IMG/VR virus record: IMGVR_UViG_3300046820_002568
Coordinates: 32,001 to 96,000 of that record
From: a virus
DNA length: 64,000 nucleotides
Strand: one strand, 5' to 3'
The position numbers and the translations under genes were made by a program. Numbering within the stretch: position 1 is the first letter of the stretch; every line of letters begins with the position of its first letter. Under the pieces are notes generated by a model that was not told where the DNA came from, did not search any database, and saw only the letters and a list, made by a program, of their open reading frames with translations. Below are positions 57,234 through 64,000 of this stretch, piece after piece.

Positions 57234-59666
57234 TTATGATGAACATCCAAAACAATCAAATTCACTATTTGCCGGTTTTGGTGGTAAGTTTAAATTTGAA
57301 TAATCTACTTTAGGTGGTTCAGGTGTTACATTTGGTTTTGATATTTTTGATATGTCAACCGCCAAATGTTTTGCTCCTGTTGAAATTGCCTTTGTTCTAA
57401 CATAGTAACAAAGAGTCTTCAGTCCTTTTTCCCATCCATAGAAGTGAGATGACGAAATCTTTGACAGGGTTGGATTACCCATATAGATGTTCATCGACTG
57501 TGATTGGTCAATAAACGGAGCTCTGTCGGCTGCCATTTCAATTAATTCCTTCTGTGAGATTTCCCAAATTGTTTTGTATTTTGGAATAAGGTGTTCAATT
57601 CTTTTAACTTTCTTATTGTATTGTTTGTCCTCAGGGTCAAGGTAGTTATTGAAATTAATTCCTTGCACTGAACCTTCATTAAGAATAATTTCATTCTTTA
57701 GGTCTTCGCCCCAAATACCGAGCTTCTCAAAGTCATTAATCAAATACTTGTTAACAATCATAATCTCACCTCCAACAACTCTTCTATTAAAGATTGCCGA
57801 GTGAGCTGGTTCTGTCATTTCATATGACCCTGTAATTTTAGCCGATGATGCCACAGGCATTTGAGCGGTGAATAAAGAGTTACAAACACCATACTTACTA
57901 ACATTCTCCTTCAATATCCCCCAAGGCCATCTTCCTGATAACTCGTCTTCTTTAAGTCCCCACATATCAAACTGAAATATTCCGTTTGACATTGGTGACC
58001 CTTCAAAAAAGTCATACGGTTTATATTCACCATCAATACATAGTCTGTTACTTTCAGTGATTGCAGCAAAATAAATTGTTTCAAAAATTTCTTTATTAAG
58101 TTTCTTTGCTTCTTCAGATGTAAAAATGTAATCCATCAAATAGAATACATCCGCAAGTCCTTGAGTTCCAATGGCAATTGCTCTTTGTTCACGACCACCC
58201 TTGTTCCCCTTTTCAGTTGAGTAGTTGTTAATATCCACAACTTTGTTAAGGGCTCTAACTACTTTACGGGTTTCTTCATACAATAACTGGTGGTTAAATT
58301 CTCCATCTTTAATGAAGTTCTTTAATACCATTGATGATAATGTACAAATAGCGGTTGTGTTTTCGTCAGTATATTGGTAAATCTCGTTACAAAGATTTGA
58401 CTGTTTGATTACACCTATGTTTTGGTGGTTTGTCTTTTTGTTAGCATTGTCCTTTGAACAAAGATATGGTACTCCAGTTTCAATCTGTGATTCAATAATC
58501 TTAGACCAAATTTCTTGTGCTTTAACTTTTTTGCCGAGTCCTAATTCAACTGCTTTATTATAGTTTTCTTCATACTCGTCACCATAACATTCTTGAAGAG
58601 GTTTAACGCCCGCTTTCTTAATATCATTAGGACAGAACAAATACCAATCACCATTGTTCTTAACGGCTTTCATAAAGTTATCAGGAATCCAAAGTGCGGT
58701 GAATAAGTCACGAGCTCTTAATTCTTCGGCACCTGTATTCTTTTTAATGTCCAAAAGGTCAAAAATGTCTTTGTGCCAAGGTTCCAAATAAATTGCAGCC
58801 GAACCAGGACGACGACCTTGTTGATTAAAGAATCGAAGTGATTCATTAACAATTTTCAAATACTTCAAAAGTCCACCGGCAAATCCCCCTGAAGATGAAA
58901 TACGGCTTTCTTTGCTTCTAATATTTGACATAGAAAGACCAATACCCGCAGCATCTGATGAGTATGTTGAAATATCTTTCATTGTATTTAAAAGACCTTC
59001 TCTTGAGTCCGCATCATTAAAGTGAAGGACACAAGAAGCAAGTTGTGGAACCTTTGTACCGGCATTAATCATAATTGGAGTTGCCGGTGAAATAAGTTGA
59101 CTTGAGAGTGACTTATAATATTCAACCGCTTGTTCAAATGATTTAGTTACCCATATCGCAACACGCATATACATATGTTGTGGTCTTTCAATTGTCTTAC
59201 CACTTGGAAGTTTCAAAAGATACATCTCTTGTAGCGACCTCCAAGCAAAGTAGTCAAAATTATAGTCATTGTCGTGATTAATAACTTCATCCACATTAGA
59301 CGGTCCGTAACTGCTAATCATATTGATAAACTCCTGATTAACAATTCCTTCTTTGTAAAGTTCCATCATAGTGTTTGAGAAACTTGGGTTTGTTTCTTTA
59401 TGATAAGCAGAAATGGCAACTGATGATGCAAGTCTTGAATAGTCGTGATGACTACCAGTAAACGCTGCTGCAATTTCATAGATTAACTTATCAAGTTCCT
59501 TTGTGGTAATCTCACCCTCAGTTGGAACTGAAGTAATTACCTTAATAAAAATCTCGTCAGAATTAATGTTTAAACCTTTGGCGGCTCTTTTAATTCGGTT
59601 ATATATTTTCTGTGGGTTAAAGGACGCATCTTCCCCACTACGCTTTTTAATTTTTAGTGACATCAT
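57234..59666 (-). CDS. nrdA: Ribonucleoside-diphosphate reductase class Ia alpha subunit with ATP cone
   Basis: IKKRSG ATP cone, ERPQHMYMRVA, ATP...NAGT, QLASC, SNLCNEI, AICTL, YYVRT and C-terminal CFGC. Confidence 0.97.
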   Translation of the reverse strand: MMSLKIKKRSGEDASFNPQKIYNRIKRAAKGLNINSDEIFIKVITSVPTEGEITTKELDKLIYEIAAAFTGSHHDYSRLASSVAISAYHKETNPSFSNTMMELYKEGIVNQEFINMISSYGPSNVDEVINHDNDYNFDYFAWRSLQEMYLLKLPSGKTIERPQHMYMRVAIWVTKSFEQAVEYYKSLSSQLISPATPIMINAGTKVPQLASCVLHFNDADSREGLLNTMKDISTYSSDAAGIGLSMSNIRSKESRISSSGGFAGGLLKYLKIVNESLRFFNQQGRRPGSAAIYLEPWHKDIFDLLDIKKNTGAEELRARDLFTALWIPDNFMKAVKNNGDWYLFCPNDIKKAGVKPLQECYGDEYEENYNKAVELGLGKKVKAQEIWSKIIESQIETGVPYLCSKDNANKKTNHQNIGVIKQSNLCNEIYQYTDENTTAICTLSSMVLKNFIKDGEFNHQLLYEETRKVVRALNKVVDINNYSTEKGNKGGREQRAIAIGTQGLADVFYLMDYIFTSEEAKKLNKEIFETIYFAAITESNRLCIDGEYKPYDFFEGSPMSNGIFQFDMWGLKEDELSGRWPWGILKENVSKYGVCNSLFTAQMPVASSAKITGSYEMTEPAHSAIFNRRVVGGEIMIVNKYLINDFEKLGIWGEDLKNEIILNEGSVQGINFNNYLDPEDKQYNKKVKRIEHLIPKYKTIWEISQKELIEMAADRAPFIDQSQSMNIYMGNPTLSKISSSHFYGWEKGLKTLCYYVRTKAISTGAKHLAVDISKISKPNVTPEPPKVDYSNLNLPPKPANSEFDCFGCSS

Positions 59667-59685
59667 AGTTTTATAAAATAATCAA

Positions 59686-60633
59686 TTAAAAGTCATCCGT
59701 AAAGGACAATGTTTCGTTCAACTTTGCCTTTTGATATTCAACAGTTCTTGACTCAAAGAAATTACCTTTTGTTTCAACTGCAATTTGTTCCATAAATTTA
59801 AATGGCTGTTCAACATTAAAATGTTTCTTACAACCCAATTTAACTAACAGACCATCAACAACAAACTCAAGATATTGTTTCATAAGATTTGAGTTCATTC
59901 CAATAAGTGAAACTGGAAGTGACTCAGTAATGAATTCTTTTTCAATCTCAAGTGCTGAAAGAAGAATTTCCTTAATTCTCTTTTCACTTGGCTTGTTTTC
60001 ACAGTGATTGTTCAAAAGGTGAATTGCAAAGTCACAGTGAAGATTTTCATCTTTAAATATAAGTGAGTTAGCATTACACAAACCTTGCATGATTCCTCTT
60101 GATTTTAACCAAAAGATTGAACAGAATGAGCCTGAAAAGAATATTCCTTCTACAGCGGCAAATGCTACAAGTCTTTCTTGGAACGATGCGTTTGTAATCC
60201 AATCAAGAGCCCATTTAGCTTTCTTTTGAACTGCTGGAAGTCTGTCAATCGCATTAAAACATTCATCCTTTTCATTTGGATTTGACACATATGTATCAAT
60301 CAAAAGTGAATACATTAGACTGTGAATGTTCTCCATTGCAAGTTGCATTCCGTAAAAGAATTTTGCTTCGGGGTATTGTACTTCTCGGTAAAAATTTTCA
60401 GCCAAATTTTCGTTAACAATTCCATCGGATGCCGCAAAGAACGATAAAACATTCTTAACAAAGTATTGTTCATTCTCTGAAAGGTTCTCCCAATCACGAA
60501 TATCACCCGACAAATCCACCTCTTCAGCCGTCCAAAATGCGGCTTGGTGCATTTTATAATATTCCCATATGTCGTTATGTTCAATTGGAAATATAACGAA
60601 ACGATTTGGATTTTGTACCAATATTTTTTCCAT
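59686..60633 (-). CDS. nrdB: Ribonucleoside-diphosphate reductase class Ia beta subunit
   Basis: [30 protein letters not shown] (radical Tyr), [15 protein letters not shown] and NFFE motifs. Confidence 0.97.
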   Translation of the reverse strand: MEKILVQNPNRFVIFPIEHNDIWEYYKMHQAAFWTAEEVDLSGDIRDWENLSENEQYFVKNVLSFFAASDGIVNENLAENFYREVQYPEAKFFYGMQLAMENIHSLMYSLLIDTYVSNPNEKDECFNAIDRLPAVQKKAKWALDWITNASFQERLVAFAAVEGIFFSGSFCSIFWLKSRGIMQGLCNANSLIFKDENLHCDFAIHLLNNHCENKPSEKRIKEILLSALEIEKEFITESLPVSLIGMNSNLMKQYLEFVVDGLLVKLGCKKHFNVEQPFKFMEQIAVETKGNFFESRTVEYQKAKLNETLSFTDDF

Positions 60634-60658
60634 AATAAATGCTATTGTTTTATAATAA

Positions 60659-62029
60659 TTATACTGTTTGTTGTTTCTTTCTGTCTAAAATTTCGCGAAT
60701 TCTATCTCTATTTTTTTGTTCTTTGTTTTCTTCAAAACCTAACATTGTCATCGAACTTTCTGTATCAATTACAAGTAGTTCATTATCAAATTTACAGTTT
60801 TCAAAGATTACCCCATCTTTACCGATACGAGATTTTGTGATTGCAATTGTTGCAAGTTTGAGTTCCTTTTGTTGTAATGTTTTCGCCACCGATATGATAA
60901 CATGACCTACTTGAGCCTTCTTAATAGAACCACCCATTTGGTCTGTTGTTACAACTTCAGACGAAATCGAACTTCTGTTACCTTGTGTTGCTGTCCATCC
61001 TGCAATGTGTAACTCGTGACACATTGCTTCAAATGCTCTCATTACTGAACCCTCACTTTTCCATTCATCATCCATCATCTTCTCAGGTGTAACACAATCA
61101 ATGTAGTCCAAGATAATAACGTCAATCTTAATTCCATCGGCAATCATCTTTCTAAGTTGATTCTTAATTTGACCCATAGTCAAAGTATCGGATGGGAGTT
61201 TTTTAAGGATAAGTCTGTTTTTCATCTTATCTTGAACCTCGGTTACTTTCTTCATAACCTCTTCTTTGTGGTCGCCAAGAAGGTCAGGAGCAATTCCAGT
61301 CCAAAGGGTGAAGTGTTTTCTTTGAATAATCTTTGGGTTGTCCTCAAAGAATATCTGTAACACATTGAATCCCATATTGAAGGCGTGGTTTGCAATCTTT
61401 GTGGTCAAACTTGTCTTACCGACACCTGTTGGTGCAAGTATCACTCCGATTTCACCTTTAGCAAGACCACCTTTCAATAGGTTATCAATACCTGGAATCC
61501 CCATTGGAATTGGATGACGATAATCTTCTTGAAGAACTTGGTCCAAGTTTTCAAAAACATCACCTGTATCTTTCTCTATAACACCAACTTGAAGAGCCTC
61601 TCGAACCATCTCCTCAAGGGTGTCATAGTTTTCAAACTCGCCTCCGTCAATAATCTTTTGAGCCTTTCCCATCACCTTCTGAAGCTCTTGTTGCTTACAG
61701 AATTTGAGAGCTTTTTCTTGAACAAAAAGTGACCCTTCTTCAGATACATTTTTAATTTCATTAATTGTATCCAAAGTGATTTTTAACATCAGCTCTTGGG
61801 TAATCTCTGACTTAATAATTTGATGTAATGTGTCATAGGTTGGAGCACAATCAAACTTTTTGTAGTATTCTTTAATCATCTGTATGATGATTTTGTAATA
61901 CTTATTTTCAAAGTAATTTGCCTCAAGTACATCCAATATCGAGTGAGAAAAGTTCTTATCAATTATTATCTGATTGATAAGTTGTTGTTGGAAAGTACCT
62001 CCTAAATAATCAAAATTCTTGTCAGCCAT
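60659..62029 (-). CDS. Replicative SF4 (DnaB / T4 gp41-like) helicase
   Basis: GGLAKGE...APTGVGKT Walker A, FFED, ILDYID, ATQGNR and KSR motifs. Confidence 0.93.
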   Translation of the reverse strand: MADKNFDYLGGTFQQQLINQIIIDKNFSHSILDVLEANYFENKYYKIIIQMIKEYYKKFDCAPTYDTLHQIIKSEITQELMLKITLDTINEIKNVSEEGSLFVQEKALKFCKQQELQKVMGKAQKIIDGGEFENYDTLEEMVREALQVGVIEKDTGDVFENLDQVLQEDYRHPIPMGIPGIDNLLKGGLAKGEIGVILAPTGVGKTSLTTKIANHAFNMGFNVLQIFFEDNPKIIQRKHFTLWTGIAPDLLGDHKEEVMKKVTEVQDKMKNRLILKKLPSDTLTMGQIKNQLRKMIADGIKIDVIILDYIDCVTPEKMMDDEWKSEGSVMRAFEAMCHELHIAGWTATQGNRSSISSEVVTTDQMGGSIKKAQVGHVIISVAKTLQQKELKLATIAITKSRIGKDGVIFENCKFDNELLVIDTESSMTMLGFEENKEQKNRDRIREILDRKKQQTV

Positions 62030-62054
62030 CTTAGTCTTTTTTTATTAAATATTA

Positions 62055-62510
62055 TTAGACTAAGGAGTATCCCATCAAATCGTAAGTTAAATTTTTAGAA
62101 GAAAATACTTCGGTCAAATTAGACAAAACCCCTTTAAGATATGGTCGAATATCGACTGTGTATCGAACTTTTGGGGGGTAAGGTTTTGCATCAAAAGTGT
62201 AGTGGTACATAACATTACCATTGTATTTTAGATACAAATTAAACACCTCAGGTCCATCTGTGAAAGATGTTTCGAGAACCTCAGGGTTTTCCATAATTTC
62301 ATATTGGTTGTCAGACATATATGAAACACTCTTCATCTTTAGATGTAGTTTCATAGTCTCAACAAATCCATCCAACAATTCCAAAAGCTCTACTGAATTT
62401 TTAGCCTTTGGGTTGTAGTCTTTCACATTAAAATACCGTTGTACAATAAAGTTGTCGTTTACGGTCATCAAAAACTCCAACTTTGTTAAATCTGCATTTT
62501 GCTCTTTCAT
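62055..62510 (-). CDS. Hypothetical protein
   Basis: 151-aa ORF in the replication operon; no recognised motif. Confidence 0.75.
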   Translation of the reverse strand: MKEQNADLTKLEFLMTVNDNFIVQRYFNVKDYNPKAKNSVELLELLDGFVETMKLHLKMKSVSYMSDNQYEIMENPEVLETSFTDGPEVFNLYLKYNGNVMYHYTFDAKPYPPKVRYTVDIRPYLKGVLSNLTEVFSSKNLTYDLMGYSLV

Positions 62511-62518
62511 AAAGAATT

Positions 62519-63520
62519 TTACTTTGTTTTTTTACTTTTTTCTTTTCTTGTTAACTTTAAAAATGGTGTGATAAAATAAGTCCATGCGTCGTCCGTTTTT
62601 GGTAGAAACTTAAAAATCCCATCATCCACCATAAACTTGATTAGATTTTTATAACTCCTACCGTCTGTATCTAAGTTCTCTGAGAAGATAAGTTTTACTT
62701 GTTCAATTGCCTCTTCATTCAAAAGAGGGTTAGACAAATCCACAATCTTTTCATTAATCTCATAATACTCTTTTTCAAATATACCTGATTTTGTCTTACC
62801 AGTCAAAATATTTTTTAAAGTTTGGTTATCTTTTTGTTCTTTCAACAATAGTTCAGCCTTTTCAAGAATTTCTTGGTAGGTGACTTTTCTTTCCAAAACT
62901 TCAGGAAAAAATTTAACGAGTGTCTTTTCTCCAAGGGATTGAATACCTTGGATATTATCTGATTTATCCCCCATCATTATCTTCAATGTTAAGACATTTT
63001 CGTGTGGAAATTCAAAATCATTGAACTTGATTTTGTCTCCATTTTCATATGTTGTTCTAAGTGAAGGTGAATAAAGTGAAACTTTTTCAGAAATAAGCTG
63101 AGTTAAATCTTTGTCAGAAGAGAATATTAATTTCTTTTCATTCTCAGATATTCTGCAATACTCAGCCATAAGGTCATCAGCTTCAATTCCTTGGACTTCA
63201 AGTTGTCGGACATACATTTCCTCCAAGTATTGTTTAACTCTGTTTTTTTGGTATAGATATGACAAATAAATTGGTTCTTCAAAAGATAGTTTTCTATTCT
63301 GTTTGTAACTTGGATATAGAATTTCTCTTTTTGACCTTGAGTCTTCTCCGTCCCAAAAAACAATTACCTTATCAAAATTGTGCTCGTCAATAAATTTTCT
63401 AAGAGTATTAATAAAGTGAAAGAGACCCCCAATATGGTTTCCATTGTGGAAATAATCTTTCACACCATGGAAACCAATTTTAAAGAGGTTATTACCGTCT
63501 ACAAGGAGAGTCTTCTTCAC
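62519..63520 (-). CDS. 5'-3' exonuclease / flap endonuclease (T4 RNase H, PolA N-terminal-like)
   Basis: LLVDGNNL, WDG, R...YPSYKQNR, EADD, SSDKDLTQL and GDKSDNIQGI..LGEKT motifs. Confidence 0.93.
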   Translation of the reverse strand: MKKTLLVDGNNLFKIGFHGVKDYFHNGNHIGGLFHFINTLRKFIDEHNFDKVIVFWDGEDSRSKREILYPSYKQNRKLSFEEPIYLSYLYQKNRVKQYLEEMYVRQLEVQGIEADDLMAEYCRISENEKKLIFSSDKDLTQLISEKVSLYSPSLRTTYENGDKIKFNDFEFPHENVLTLKIMMGDKSDNIQGIQSLGEKTLVKFFPEVLERKVTYQEILEKAELLLKEQKDNQTLKNILTGKTKSGIFEKEYYEINEKIVDLSNPLLNEEAIEQVKLIFSENLDTDGRSYKNLIKFMVDDGIFKFLPKTDDAWTYFITPFLKLTRKEKSKKTK

Positions 63521-63525
63521 AGATT

Positions 63526-64000
63526 TTAGATTAAATCTTTTGACAAAATTTTGTTACTTTTTTTGATATTTTCTAACTTCCAAAGTGGTTGTAAATTAGT
63601 GTAGTAACATAATTTATACAACTCTTCTTCAGTTTTTGCGGATGATAAAGGTATTATGTGGTCTATATGCCAATCACTTCTGTTATCCCAAGTCATACCA
63701 TCAACGAATTGTTTTTCTAAATGTTCCCTTAATTGTAAGGGAGTACACCCCACAATGTCAAATGTTTTGTTTTTTTTGGTGATATCAAGTTTTTTTAAAT
63801 AAGACCATAATCTACTTCTCATTCCTGATAATAATTTAAATTCAGGTTCATCACTTTTTCTTTTTGTCCAATAACTATTATATTTTTCCCTATTATTTTC
63901 TATCCAAATTTTCTTTTTTCTTGATTGTTCTTCTTTGGTAGATTCATAATATTTTTTTGTTTGTTTTTTATACTCTTCCGGATTTTCTTCTCTCCATTTT
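63526..64000 (-). CDS. HNH-type (endonuclease VII-like) homing endonuclease, 5' end outside window
   Basis: The frame stays open upstream of the tracked ATG 63822 to the window edge (KWREENPEEYKK...). GC...LREHLEKQF..GMTWDN...WHIDHIIPLS...NLQPLW..EN..K motif. Confidence 0.85.
   Translation of the reverse strand, partial: KWREENPEEYKKQTKKYYESTKEEQSRKKKIWIENNREKYNSYWTKRKSDEPEFKLLSGMRSRLWSYLKKLDITKKNKTFDIVGCTPLQLREHLEKQFVDGMTWDNRSDWHIDHIIPLSSAKTEEELYKLCYYTNLQPLWKLENIKKSNKILSKDLI

Noticed and set aside
57234-62029. Introns or inteins in nrdA, nrdB or helicase (common hotspots)
   Set aside because: Lengths are normal, motifs are contiguous, and no intein splice-junction blocks were seen.
1-64000. 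Giant eukaryotic virus (NCLDV) origin suggested by eukaryote-like RNR, HNH family and Cys/PT-rich proteins
   Set aside because: gp25/gp6-like baseplate, DnaG-type primase, SF4 helicase, bacterial-style operons and an IS605 element fit a tailed bacteriophage.
1-64000. Stop-codon reassignment as in some large Bacteroidota phages
   Set aside because: Code 11 gives near-complete coding coverage with multi-kb ORFs; TAG and TGA both end conserved genes at sensible positions.

Overview
This is a gene-dense, A/T-rich 64-kb piece of a large tailed (myovirus-like, probably jumbo) phage genome. It reads in the standard code 11, almost entirely on the minus strand. Left end (1-5.5 kb): a recombination/replication block with a Rad50/SbcC-like ATPase running off the window, an Mre11/SbcD-like phosphoesterase, a PD-(D/E)xK nuclease and a primase. 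5.6-13.9 kb: an inverted plus-strand island encoding a 2680-aa modular surface protein, followed by a RuvC-like resolvase. 14.5-56.6 kb: a tail/baseplate and appendage block with gp25-, gp6- and gp7/gpI-like wedge proteins, tail fibres/spikes, three glycine-rich adhesin paralogues and many Pro/Thr-linked Cys-rich modular proteins. This block is interrupted by one non-autonomous IS200/IS605 TnpB element. Right end: nrdA, nrdB, a DnaB-like helicase, a 5'-3' exonuclease and an HNH endonuclease. A Bacteroidota host is inferred from the lack of Shine-Dalgarno motifs, TAnnTTT(G) promoter boxes, and SprB, delta-60, BspA and M43 domains. Most notable: (i) an apparent modular display system in which Cys-bracketed domains are strung on PT linkers and share small N-terminal Cys modules, including an M43 metalloprotease inserted into a putative virion protein; (ii) a TnpB element inserted exactly at the recurrent TATTTAT motif found before structural genes; (iii) an Mre11/Rad50 pair that appears to be split at an unusual point. 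All family assignments come from motif recognition by eye; no searches were run.
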